Shown here: piece after piece, positions 15,645-30,346 of the stretch
Position numbering within the stretch: the stretch's first letter is position 1
Layout: each line of letters begins with the position of its first letter
Assembly (NCBI GenBank): GCA_012295275.1
Contig: CM022670.1
Span: forward strand, 15,686,001-15,750,000
Direction: 5' to 3'
DNA length: 64,000 nucleotides
DNA from: Chrysomallon squamiferum
Lineage: Eukaryota > Animalia > Mollusca
Made by a program: the position numbers and the translations under genes
The notes under the pieces: model-generated
What the model was told of the DNA's origin: nothing
Seen by the model: only the letters and a program-made list of their open reading frames with translations
Database searches by the model: none

Positions 15645-16621
15645 GAAGAAGAAGAAGAAGAAGAAGAACAAAATTATTCCATCGATCCTTCTTGCAAATC
15701 AACGAAAAAGAAAACTTAATAAAAGAAAAGAAAAGAAAAGAAACAAGAAGAAAATAGCAAAATAAATTAATATGAATAGAAAAAAGTAAAAAATACTTAA
15801 TACAGACAGCCATCTACATTACGTCTGTCTTCGAGTTATTACGAGAGTTTCTGTATTTTAAACAAATACTGAACCTGAAGTAAATTCTATACCACAGAGG
15901 AAACATGTATCTCAACATTAACATTAAATATTTCAAACTGAAATGTTGAAAATATTTTCGTCAAATGATTTATTATTTTTCTTTTCTTTTCTTTTTAATA
16001 TTATTAATTATTATTTTTATTAATGATTTGATCCATTTTAATTATTTAGAAATATTATAGCTATAAAAAGAAATCATTTAAAAGAATAAAATAAAAATAA
16101 AATATGACACAATAAAAAAAGATATAACAAAACAAAACATAATGTAACGTATTGTAATGTAATGTAATATAATATAACAATGTAATATAATATAATATAA
16201 CAATGTAATATAAAATAATATAACATAATGTAATGTAATATAATGTGACGTAAAGTAACGTAATAAAATGTAACGTAGCAAAACGTAACAATATAATATA
16301 ACTATTCTTTTTTTATTAAATTAAATTATATTAAATTAAAATGACAAAAGAATCAGTTTTATTTTTCTCTATAATGAAATATAATTGATTTGCTATAATT
16401 ATTTAACATACAACCTACGATTAAAAAAGATAAATAAACAAGCAAACAAACAAATAAATAAATAATAGTAGTAGTAGTGGTAGTAACTGTAGTAGTTGAA
16501 GTAATAATAATAATAATAATAATAATAATTGTAATAACAACAATAATAATAACAACTGAATTGTGGCTTCTTCAAAACAAGTACAAACTGATAATTAGTA
16601 TTTTAATAGTATTAATAATAC

Positions 16622-16785
16622 ACTTTTGTACAGAAATCATTTTAGTTGCGTTTGTGATCATAAATATGTGTCAAATAGTGAGAGAGAGAGAAAAACAGAG
16701 AAAGAATGAGAAAAAGAAGTAAAAAAAAAAAAAAAGAGAGAGAGAGAGAAGCGTGTGGGTATTTGTGACATTATCTAATTAAGTG
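16622..16785 (+). repeat. Dispersed repeat, copy 1 (copy 2 at ~25263-25405)
   Basis: Shares colinear blocks tttgtacagaaatca / tagtgagagaga / agaatgagaaaa.gaagtaaaa / gagaag.gtg / tatttgtgacat / taattaag with copy 2. Confidence 0.75.
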
Positions 16786-17538
16786 TGGTCACTGTGTGAC
16801 GTCAGAGAGGCACGTGCCGCGCGAGCGATTTCCGAGTTCAGTTGTAGTAGTTAATGGGGCAGTCACATTGAGATTATAGCACTGCTTTCACAATCCGATT
16901 TTCTGCACAGTTTAACTTGTCTTCATTGAAATGTCATCTCCGAACAGCAACAAGTGAAAGCGATAAATTGACCTTAAATTAAAGATTTTAAATAAATATT
17001 ATGAGGAAACATTCACGATTTTGAAAAAAAAATAAATAAATAAATAAATTATAATAATAATATTAATTAATTAATTAATAATAATAATAAGTGCATTAAA
17101 CAACGTGCCCCAAAACAATCAAACAAGAATAAAATGAATCCACTACAAATAAATGAGATGATCATCATCATCATCATAATAATAATTATTATTAAAACTA
17201 AAAAGTGCATTAAAAAACATGCAAGAAAACAATAAAATAATTAAAATAAACAGAATCCAGTACAAATAACTGAAATAAGGATGATGATGATGTTGATGAT
17301 GATAATAAAATTGCTGATAATATTAAGAACGTTTAAATAAAAAAAAATACAAAAATAGATTTTAAAAGATAATAATAAATAAATAAACAAACAAACAAAC
17401 AAGAAGAGAAATAATAATTAATTAACTGAATAGATTAATTTTGAAAGTCCACTGATATAGATTATAATTATGAGAAAAGAAAATAATACGAATCATTTCT
17501 GAATTTTCATAAATGAAATTTACGTCATATATTTCATA

Positions 17539-17573
<35 letters not shown>

Positions 17574-18077
17574 GTCTCTGATCATCTCGCATGCATGGTG
17601 TTATTTAATAGTAAAAACAGGCTCATTTTTCCCTCACAAACTAATTTAAGGAGGAATCCCTGATGTCTCTTTAAGATCCGCCGTTGTGTTTTACAGCCTT
17701 GCACCACGACCCCTAAGACCCAGAAACCCCCTCCCAGATGCAGACAGCAGATCAAACACGTTGCATGTGGCCCGATCGTTGTCAGCGATGCAATTTTACT
17801 TAATGATGCAAATGATTCTTTTGATGAAAAGATTATCATTATCTTTTCTGCGCTCCCTGGTTCTTCTGGTCAGTTTTATCTCGTCCATTCCACTGACAGA
17901 AATTGAACACGTGGGAATTGTGTGTACTTGTCTTAATTACGTATATTTCCAATAGAAGCTCGTAAATTTTCTCTCCGCGTTGTTGTAAAGTGAAAGTTCT
18001 GTAGTAATGCTCTTTCAAAATGGAGATGTTTCATCTTCGTTGCAAATGTGTCTGTCATCGTGGTCTTTTTTTTTTTT

Positions 18078-18108
<31 letters not shown>

Positions 18109-18619
18109 CAAAGTGTTCGTGTCTTAATGATAAAAATTTCAAATCAATTTTAAAATATATCGGGTGCGTGATTTAAATTTTCAAACTTTCAATGTATACA
18201 AGCATTTATGTATGTATGAATGTATAAAAGTATGTATTTATGTATGTATGTATGTATGTATATAAAAATGTATGCATGTGTACATTTGAGTGTGTATTTA
18301 CATATGTATCATTTATTACATTTTTTAATGTTTATATTTATGTGTGTGTGCGTACGGACGTGAATAGGTGTATGAATGTCTACATTAGTATTGTTGCTGC
18401 TGTTATCGCTACTTTTGATGTTGATGTTGCTGCTGCTGCTGCCTCTGCTGCTGTTTCTGTTATTGTTTAATATTTAAATTTTATGTACAAATAAACAATA
18501 TTGTATATTTCAGCAATATGATAAAATGACCGTGTTATAGATATGCAGGTGCGAGATCGAATTCTGTCTAGTGACGTCATTTCTGACAAAGGTCGATACA
18601 GGTCAATTGAGGCCGCTAG

Positions 18620-18638
18620 TAGCGCCTCCTAGCTGTCA
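18620..18638 (-). promoter_or_regulatory. Putative CTCF-binding site
   Basis: Minus strand TGACAGCTAGGAGGCGCTA, 14/19 identical to the consensus TGGCCACCAGGGGGCGCTA, inside a GC-richer island. Confidence 0.5.
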
Positions 18639-19784
18639 GTCATCTTCTCTCTGGCATCACCGGATGAGATAGCACGTTAGAGAAACAGTTAATCTGAATT
18701 ACATGAATATGTTTCAGTTAGAACATAAACATGTGTTGAAAAAATATACATTCACATACAACAAATATATGTTTGTTTAGAAGAAAAATAAAATATAATT
18801 TAAAAAAAAAAAAAAAGTAGTGATGACTGTTTGTGGCTGTGTATTAATAAATAGAAGATATAATGAAATTTGTTTTCATATTTTATTTCATAATTTTTTT
18901 TTATCTACAGATCAGTTCAGAATTTCTTTATATTAATAAACGGTTACTCTATGATAGAATATCACTTTTGTAGTTTAGTTATTCAACTTCGTTTCCTAAA
19001 GAATACATTTTGTTCTTCTGTTTTTTTCTTCTTCTTCTTTTCACACACACCCCCCACACACACACACGAAAGGATTTTTAAACATTTCCTTTTCAAAATT
19101 TGCTGACACCCATTTCAAACGTTAGACACTGCGAATAGCTTTCAAAAACATCATTTAAACCTCCGCCTCACGAACATATTGTTTACCTTTTGTTTATTGC
19201 TGCCGGGTTGCTATTTCTTCGAGGGTTTAAAAATTTGAGAAGTGAAAGAATTTTGTTGAAATCAGTTTGTGTGTGGGCGCTTATACATAGATCACAATCT
19301 AGATACATGGTTACAGAATCACGTACAGTCCAACTGGTCGAGTTTCAAAAATCAGCCTAAATTGGTGGTAGGAATTAACACAAATTGGTTAATTGCTAAT
19401 GGCAGAAAACTGATAGCTTTCTTTTGATGGTTTGGGGGTGAATGTTTCTCAGATCTTTTTCCTGCATTATAAAGTGGTGAGAATGTGGAGAGAGTGACGC
19501 GATACCCAGTTTAAAACACTGCAGATTGCTATCTTACGAAGTGATAGTGTAACTTACTTACGAGTCGTATAACGAACACTGCGCCGAAACGGGAAAACAA
19601 CCGAAAACGAGATAGAGTAAAGATTCGAAGATGAAAAAGGAAAATATATGTACAACCATAAACAAAAATAAAATTATTTTCTTGTAGCATTTAAACCTAA
19701 TTGGGGCTAGAAAGTAACAGTTTATTGCAAAATAGATAATTACATATGCATTTTAAATATATATAACTAAAACTGGTTTGTTTA

Positions 19785-19824
<40 letters not shown>

Positions 19825-22443
19825 CCTTTCGCTATGATTTTAGGAAAATTATATTTCAGTTAAAAGAGGAACTGTATCCACTGACTATTGTTATTATATA
19901 TTAGGCTATTTATACAAGGATAAAAAAAAATGCTCGTATTCTCTGAAATTTCAGTCAAATTGAATATCAGTTATTCTAAAGAAAATAAAATAATATAACA
20001 ATTTTATAATAATAAAGTAACAATGAATAAGACATTAACACACACTAACACATTTATAAGCTGCGTTCGATGAGACAAAATATACTATGTTTTTTCTTCT
20101 TTTTTTTAACAGCAAGGCATTTATTTTTAAATCCTTTGATAAACTGATAGCACAAATCTCTATTCTACTTTTCATTAGATAAAGACAAAAAATGAATATT
20201 TGATGATTTTTTTTTTGTTTGTTTTAATTTGAATAATATTAAATGCTATTTTATTTCGATAAAATTTCTCGTTTTTGTATTTTAAGAAAAACGCTTCCAA
20301 GCAAACTTTCGCCTTAGCCTCTCCGTGCTAGGAAACGTGGAACAAGTTATATGTAGTCTGTCCATAATTTTATTCATTTTAAATTTACAGTATTTAATAA
20401 ATAAATAAATAAATAGAATAAAATGAAATAAAATAAAATAAAATAAAATGATAACAACATAAAATGAATTAATAAATAAATTTTGTTCTATATTCTGCTT
20501 TCTGCATCATAAGATCTATTATTTTTTAATTGTTATTTTATTATTCATTCTTTGTATATAATTACATATAAAATAAATATGTAAAAATCAATGAAAAAAT
20601 TACGGTAGGGTGGAGCAAGACTTCAAAACGGGCTCGAATGCCAACCCCCTAAATATCAGAAATCACGTGACTCAGCCGGTCATCTTGTACATAAGTAATT
20701 TTCATTCGAAAATTTTCCTTCCTGAAAAAGAGGAGAAATTGACTGATGAAGAGTGTAGTCATTATGATTTTAGCTTAATTCTATATTTTATTTATTTAAT
20801 GCCATTGTCTAGAGACCAAATGAAATAAAAAGTGTCTGCCTTTTACTGTGTGTTGTTTAAACAGACGTCAATAATTTCCCCTGAAAGAAAACTTTGGCTT
20901 GGCCTTTTTTCACATTTCGTATAAATATCTTGGCCCACTGATTTGCTTATATGTTATGTTTGAATTACATTTCCTTCATTAAAAAGTGATAAATAAATGT
21001 ATAATTATACAGAAAACACTAGATTATATCCCTGACTGAAGAGATTTCCTGAAATCGGTATTTTGAAGAAAAAATTCGAACATTGATCATAAATATTTTT
21101 ACTTTTGTTTTTGTTTTTGTCGTTATTATTTGTGGTACTAATTATGCAAAACAACATGATAATGTTTTAATATTTTAAATTAGGCAGAGAGCCAAAGAGA
21201 GAGAAATACTGAGGGAGTGAACTGCAGATAAAAGTAGGAGTGTGAGCTTGTAAAAACCACAGAGATGAAATCGAAAACATTTATTAACATTGCCTCTGAA
21301 TTAGAAAATTCAACCTGACAGTGTAACAAAATTAATTTTTCTTTAGTGAGTCAAATAAATATTAATTTTATTTCATTTTATTTATTTATTTATTTTTTAT
21401 TTTTATTTATTAATATTTTTTATTTTTTATTATTATTATTATTATTGTTTTTTTTTTTTGGTTGTTTTTTTTCAGACCTGTTTTCTTCTTTATCTTGAAA
21501 CATCTACGATATTTTGTAATTTGGGCTTCGATAAGTTGCATATTCTTTGAGCAGTCTCTGAGTTCAGTAGAAGGGAAAATCGATTTGGTTGTTTGTGATG
21601 GATTTCTTTCTGCAGTCTAATATGTCATGTGTAAAATAAACTGTAAAAACAGTATGTATTAAACAAAACATGTAGACTCAGTCTTTATAGTTCAATGATT
21701 TGCATTTTGTCATTTTCTCGACCAGAAAAGATTACCGGTGTATAACGTAACTATTATCTACTAGTTCATATTAATAAATTAATTATTAAATAAGAAACAG
21801 TATCACAACTGTGCTGTCAAAGCAGATAAAAACTTTTTAAATTATATTTTAGAAATGAATTTCTGAAATAGGTTTTTCAGTACTTTTTGAAGGTTCAAAA
21901 AACCAGTTACATTTTTCATTAATTAGCAATAAATTAATTGAGCTGAAGAAAACAAACAAAATCAAAACAAAAGCAATTTTTAATAGTTACGATATTTACT
22001 AACATAACATACCTACTCAACACAACATTCATGTGTAAGTATGTTAAGTACATTAAACAAGAAACTTAGGATTATTTTAACATTGTGAATATGTCATATT
22101 AAATGTTGTACATATAATAAAATATTTAAAGATTATGAAACAACCAATATACAGGTGTTTGTATTGTTACACGAAAAAGAATCTAAAATATGCAAGATGT
22201 CTTCAACTCTTTCAAACAATTTTTCTCTCTCATCATCCCTTCATTATGGTTTTATGGGTGAATGGTCAACATACATTTTATTTTTAATGAAAATTTTCAT
22301 CAGAAATGCACCAAAATTTGTTGAATATGAATGGTCTTTCATAGGTTCATAATGAGAAAATGTTTTCTCACACAAAACATTTAACCATTAATAAATTATA
22401 AATAACTATATTGTCTGTATTTGTGTTTATTTTTGTGCATGTG

Positions 22444-22481
<38 letters not shown>

Positions 22482-24889
22482 CATGCTGATGTTTAAATTA
22501 AAATGTGATGAACAAGATACAAAATAACTAGATGAATTTATAACCATTAACAGTGCCTATAACAAAATAAACAGCTAAAATACATTTTATATTGCAGGTA
22601 GGTATTAATTAGCCCACATTTTCTTGCTACTCAAAATAATAGAAAATATTCAAAGAGCCATTTTCTGTTTATTTTATTTTTGTTTTTAATTATATATTTG
22701 AAAAAAAAAAAAAAAAAAAAAAAAAAAAGAAACAAAAATAATTGGTTTAAGTAAATACTAGCTAATTTGCTATATCCTCAGCCTGTCAGAATTTTTTTAT
22801 TCTATTTTTTTTTTTTTAAATAACACATATATATGTAAAATTATTTAGTTACTTGATGATACCACTAATGGTAAACTATATACAAATGCCATTTTATGGT
22901 GCTTTTGTTCAAAACACCTATTTTCTTCAAATCTCTGAAAAACACATTTCCTATGAAATGATAAAATCCAGCTTTGATCAATGCATACATTAATCTAAAA
23001 TGTCCTGACAGAAAACAAAATCTGATTAAACCTTGATTACATCAATAAAGGTAAATAAATAACTTGTTGGCCATTGGCTTTTTTTTCAATATTATATCAG
23101 TAATGGTATTTGGGAGAAATTATTATCATTTTATTTATTTATTTTTTTTGGGGGGGGGGGGGCATGCCAATAATGGAACAATAATAAATGAAAAATAATC
23201 AAACAAGCTGAAGTATTACTGAAAACTTTAAATTAATTAAACACAATGAATTGGACGTTATTTTTATTTAGCTTAAGTAATGTTTTGTAATTGTATGTCA
23301 TTGAAGATTAATTATGTTTCACTGGAACAATATTTACAGATGGCTGAATAAGAGAAGAAATATACATAAGAAATTATTCACTTAAATGAAGAAATGCATC
23401 AATAGAATTCTACAGGTACATGACTTAATGATGACTGGCAGTTTTCAAGACTTAAATGCTAACATTGAAAGTAAAGATGTAAGTTTCATTACAACAAGGC
23501 TATACAAATTTCTATTGCACCTCTCCTTTTGAATTAATCATTCAAAAGCAATATAAATAATTACATAATCAATAATACCCATACAAACTTCAAAGGTATT
23601 TACATTATTTACGGTAACAGTAAATAAACTGGAAACCACCTGATTTAATATTATACACATCTTAACATACAGTGTAGATTCAAATTGTAGATTCAAATTC
23701 ATATATTTTTCTTTCACAACAACTGTCAGTGTTAAGTAACAAATCAGAATATAAATAATCAAATTTTTAATTTTATGTCACACTTGCCATATTATAATAA
23801 ATTACCAACCCAAACCTGTTACATATTTGTCCACATTAAACATTAAGTAACCAAGCCAAGAAAGTACATAAACTTAAATATAGGATCAGTCATTTACAAA
23901 ACAAACTGCTAAATGAAGTATTACCACTTATTCTTTAGCATGATCAATTAAATTTCAATTTATAAAAAAACTGTGCACCAAATATTTGAATCAGAAAAAT
24001 CTGAAGTTTTCAAAGTGGGCATATCCAAGGGGATATCTTTTATTCAGTGCATTAGTCAAAATTCTATGGAACAAATGGAAAAGAGGATGATAGAAAGTTA
24101 AGAGGGTAGTGACACAAAAAATAGTTTTGGGAACCACTGCTTCAAATCCTGTCAGTAGATGTTACAAAATGCTATAAAGATACCCACATTTCAAAACAAA
24201 CTGAATATTACCATATTACCCTCTGAAAGTTTCCACTCAAAATTGTTATGTATACATGCTTAACAACCCTCAACAAATTCACTGTTCACAGTTTATATGT
24301 CCACAAAAATGATTCAGTAAATGTAATCTTTACCTAGTAAACCTGATCTGACTTCAATTAAGGTGATAAATCTAACAATATGATCATGAAATTAGATAAA
24401 TATATTTGTAAACAAGTATAAGGAATTGTATTAAATCCCTAAAATATATATAATAAAAATCGAAAACATTTTTTTTTTTTAAACAATAAAGTAGACAAAG
24501 ATGTCATAATTTAAATTTTTATGATTATAAAAATTACTCCATGAATTAACAAGAACAACAATCATTTATAAACAAAGATCTTGATAATGAATGAGGAAAT
24601 AAAATAATTATATCATAAAATACTATTAAATATTCAAAAAAATAATTTTAGATAATCATTATTAAACTATATGACCTTAGAACTTAAAAGAAACTGTACA
24701 AACCCAGACAGAACTGTACTTTTCTAAGTATACCAGAGTGACTTTTAAAAACATATTTACAAAAAAAAAAAATAGTTAATCTCTTTTTTATTGTAATGAC
24801 ATTCTCATCTACATAATGTATGTTTTACCAAGACTGTAGAAACTACTTTCAGTTCTAAGATGTGTATATTTACTGATCATTTTTTAGTT

Positions 24890-27800
24890 TTAACAGATAT
24901 GGTCAACGTATGGCAGATCTCCAAATAGTTCTTCCTGTCTCTCCACAAGGTATCTGCAAACAAAAAAATAAAAGGTAATTATTAGTAATATAATGGATGA
25001 ATGACAACTGAAATTAATTTAAAATTAACGGTCACTAATTGTTGTGCAAAAACTCATGAAACCAATTGGAACATTCATTTATGTCTGAAAGAAGATTAAT
25101 TTGTTAACTGCTGCCAGTGGATGCATTTCATATTATTTTTTTATTATGTGTAACAAAAACTGTCATCTATAAGTATTTTGAGTATCACAGAATATTTTTT
25201 AACTGAACTTGTAAGGAATAACTAGTAATTTAATTTTATATCTCTAATAACATATTAGTATTAACTTTGTACAGAAATCACTTTGGTTTATGTTTTTGTG
25301 TTTAGATATGTTCATGTAGTGAGAGAGAAAACCAGAGTGAGAGAATGAGAAAATGAAGTAAAATCAGAGAAGTGTGATTATTTGTGACATAAAGTAATTA
25401 AGAGTTAAATTTTGTATAAAATTCAAAACACCTACCTTAAGCAATAGTAAATTAGTTTCATCAACACTTGCATCTTTGATTCAGCCATATCCATTTTGTT
25501 CAGAATTTCAGGTAATTTGACTGAAATAAGACCAAACGTCAAACAAATGACAATATTTCTATTTTCTATTTTTATTTATTTATTTTGTTATTTATTTATT
25601 TATTTTTTAATTTTTTTAGAGATATCAAACTAAATGTCACATGCCTACTCAGTAATTTGAAAACAAGAAGTTTTTTTTTAAATTTCAGTTAAGTGCAATA
25701 ATTCTTGTTTAGAAACACATTACTTATCAACTCTGACAAACAATAATTTGATGTAATAATGAAAATTACAATATATCTCAAGTTTGAGTGTTATCCTTTA
25801 AATTAAGTATTATCTTGTTAGAGGAAATAACATAAATCAAACAACAAATGAAATTTTTTTTCTTCTTTAAATAAAAAAAAATAATGCACTAAAATATTCA
25901 ATTTCATAATCTTAAATGATTAAATTAGTTTTAAAAGGAAAAATATTGATATAACTTTTATATACATGCATATACATTAAGGTTATAAATACATACATAT
26001 TTATATTTATATTTATATTTATATATGAAAGCAAGACTAAACGTATATTTTATACAATAAGCATGTTAAATTTAGGAAATTTGTAGTAGCATATTTTTCA
26101 ACAAGGACAAGATACTCTGAATAAAAAAGAACCCACAAAATGTTAACATACCAAACAGTCGAAGCAAATGTGAAGCACCATAAACCTGGGATGGCATTAT
26201 ACTGTATTTTGTTCTGTATTCCTGTGGGTACAGCTGCCATGACAACACACTGTCGAGAATATCTGAAGACCCTTCACTGCCGTACCCGTTACGCACAGTG
26301 ACTGGCAGAGACGAAGGTTTGTTACCGGCAGTCCCCTGTCCCGCAGGTGATGATGGACTCAAACCATTCACCTGTTCACTGGGTTCTTCCTTACTTTCAG
26401 ACTTCACCACAGTCGGCGTAGAGGCAGCGCCATACTTTTTGTATTTTCTTTTAACCCCACCATGTTTTTTAGTTTTGACATCTGGTTTTTCCACGTTTTC
26501 CGAGCTTGAAACTGTTTTTGGTGGATTTTCACTCCTAGGAGGACTGTCGAAATGAACAGAGTGTCGAGTTACCCGCCTGGGGGACGTCTCCGGTGGTTTC
26601 TCCTCTTCTTCTTGGGTAGAATTCCTCTCTGATCGCTTTTTACTTCTGTCCTCAGCTTTTTTCTGCTTGACTTCATGTAATGTTCTAGTTTCATTTCTGG
26701 AACTTCTAGGAGATGTTTTGATTTTCTTTGGTGCTGGCTCTATATCTGTTGGTCTGGTAAAACAAAAGAGAATATATTATATTTAAATATATTTAAATAA
26801 AAACTCTAAATCAGACGTTATATCAAAGTTCTGTTGAAGACATCTCAGACAGATAAAAATAAGTTACTGGACAAGATGAGAAATATTAATTACAAAAATG
26901 TTTTTAATTCACCTATTAAACTTCTGAGGAATTCTGCCTGAATAAACATTTGACTGAACCACAGCTTTGTTTTCTATTTTATTAATTTTCAAATGCTAGT
27001 ATTTATTTATATTATTTAATTTTATTTATATACTGATCATGTTTAGAATGATGTACACTGAAATTCATCTATTAATTTTCAAAAGCTTCTAATTTTCTTA
27101 AATTTAATTTTGTTTATGTTTAAAATGAAATATAAATATATAATTAAATATCAAAGGATTTCCATCTGAATAAACATTCAATAGTAGCCTTAATTCATTT
27201 TGTAAACATTGACATATAAAATATCAAAGGAATTCTGCCTGAATAACATTCAACTGCAGCCTTCTTTTGAAAGCTACTAATTATTTCTATTTAATTTTGT
27301 CCATATATTAATCATCTTTAAAATGATGTCTGAACTTACTTGTCTTCTCTGACAAGATCTGCGTGTGTAATGGTTTTCATGATGTACTCGTACTGCTCTC
27401 TCTCTCCTCTGTACAACAGAATCAAAGGCAGGGTGAAGTCAAATGAAATCCTCAGTCCATCCACCAGTTCCTTGCACAGAGAAATACTGAAATATTTGTG
27501 GACATTTTTTCAAACGTAAATTTAAAAGTCGTTTTTGGTCAAACAAAAATAATTATTACTTTCCTATGTTATTCATAAGAAAAGAATAGAGTGTTTATGT
27601 GCATTATTCTTCTATAATTTTACCATATCACATAAGGAATATTTAACACTTTGGAGATATTTAAAAAAATACTAATAATATAAAAACGTGATTTGATCAA
27701 AGATGACATATTTCAGGACCAGTAACAAAAGCAGTAAAATCATTTAGCAACCTGCAATTCATGAGAATTCCTGTCATGCAAGACTAAGACAGGCTTTACT

Positions 27801-30287
27801 TATTTCACGTATTTTTAACATTGTCTGATTTTCTAAAATATGTTTCCTAGAATGGTTATTGTTAAAATATTATTTAGACTCAAAAGCCAGACTGTAAATT
27901 AAAATTTCTAATAAAATTTAAATTTAAAATAGACAAACTGGTCAGTGTTTGGTCACCTTGTCAGTGGTGGAGTCTTCAGTGTTAAGTCTTGACCATTTGC
28001 TGTCAAGTCATCTTTCCTCTCTGAAGATTCACACAACATATGAACAGAGAAAGTTTTCATGAAACTCTCCAGAATCTCTATAACATTTGGCACTGCAGGC
28101 AGTTTGTTTAGCTGAAATATAACAACAGTAATTCTGACTTTGACCACAAAAAACACGTATCAAATAACAACAACAACAACAACAACAATAAAATAATAAT
28201 AAAATAATAATAATAATAAAAATAAAACAATACCAATACCAATAACAATTATAAAAATAATAATAATAATGATGATGATAATAATAATAATAAAACAATA
28301 ACAATAATAAGTTAGAGAATAATTTGAAATCTCCTGACACTATGTAGTTTAAAAATTGATGTATGTATCCAATTTCATTTTACAAAAATATGTACCATTT
28401 TCACAGATCTAAAGAATAACACTATCCACAGGTAAAACCACAGCTCAAATGAATTTTGATTTTGAATACACCTTGAATCTGAACTACTCTGAGATCTGTA
28501 GAACATAATAATTGTTTTAACATGACTGTTATTGTTTAAAAAAATAAGAAGGATCTTACACATTATAATAAAATAAATAAATAGCTAAAAAAAAAAGATA
28601 AAAAGAAAAACTGAACAAAAAAGTTCCTTTTGACTGTTAATACAAAATTTACTGAGAATCTGCTGTAAAAACATGTTCTAAAATACTCCATAAGCATTCC
28701 AAAGAGTTCTTTTAAATTCCAGTTTGCTTTTTCTGGTAAAAGATATAAATGATGGGTTGGACAACATAACAAACAATCAAATGAACAAACAATCAAACGA
28801 ACAAACAATCAAACAAACAAATAAACATATAAACAAACAAACAAATAAATAAATTAATAAATAAATAACATACCTTTCTCTTTTGATTAACCAAAACATA
28901 GTCATTTTCCAGATGTAGTTTCAAGATTTCTGGAATCTCAATACTGACTGGTGTGTGGGTAGCCTGAAAAAAATTGTTTCATTAAATATAAACACTTCTT
29001 ACTGACTGTATCACTCTTAGAGATAAAAGTAACTCTGTTCATGGCATTAAAATATTTATGAAGATACAATTCAATGTCAAAAAGTCAAGACTATTAAATG
29101 GATAATTTGGAGTATTTCTTTTACATTGGTAAGTTAACATATTCATGGAATGTTTTATATTTATCTATGAAAATTTCAGGATTTTTTTTTTAATATTATT
29201 TTAAATGTACACACACATACACTCAGTTAGGTATCTGTGTATAATAAAAATGATTTAATTTTGAAAGTTGTATTGTGTTAAGACAATTTATATTCCTGAA
29301 ACTCTAACAATATAAATCATAAAAACCATACTAAAAGATTTCAAATAAACTACTTTTCAGGTAAACTTAAAGTGAACCACCTTTGTAATATTTCAAGTTT
29401 TCCAAAGATTCCTATACTATGTTTTATGTAACATGAAGCAAATACAAATACCAAATAAATATGATATTAATTTTGGATACAATATTGAAAATATTCATCA
29501 TTTGTTATTTAAAAAATGGTGGAAATTAATTTCTAATACACAACAATCAAACTGATGATAAAAAACCATATATTTAACTCTTCTTTTTTTCTCCCTTGAT
29601 TCAGTTTCAGTATCTTCAGAACTCTGAAAAATAAGTTTAAAAAAAACCCACATTAGTCCTGGGTTAATTTCAGTTTATATAGATTCTAACTTGAACTTAA
29701 CATAGTTGAACTGTTCAAAACATATTTGTTACTGTTCAAAATACATACTTCAAAAAATAAAAATAAAACAAAAATGCTTAAATCGTAGTTTTGTAGATTA
29801 TGAAAGTAATACTTAATTAAATCCACTTGTTTCATTTACATCAACCAGCAGTGTTTTTTGTTTGTTTTAACATTAATATAAAAATCAAACAACAGAGTTT
29901 TTTAAAAATAATTAAAAGAATTTACATTTAAAATGTGCAACAAACAACATAAAAATATGATAAACGATGGAAACTTTGTAACAAATTGTAACTCAAAAGC
30001 TAACAAAGAATTTCTCAAAACATACTTCTGAGCTGTTGTGATCACTGTCTTGTCCATCATCATCGTCATCATCATCATCATCGTCGCTGCTATTGTTCAC
30101 TTCACTGTCACCATCCAGGACTGGAATTTGTCCATTAAAAGCCTCTTTAAGAATAGAATCAATTTTACGTCTTCTCATGCTATTCTTTCGGCTGGAAAAA
30201 AATGGTATCTAATTTATCATGTATTACTTATTTAAAATTAAAATATATATATAAATATATATATATACCCACACACTCAGAAACATT

Positions 30288-30346
<59 letters not shown>

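Noticed and set aside
26298-26555. Plus-strand 85-aa ORF
   Set aside because: Antisense shadow of the large MSL3 exon.
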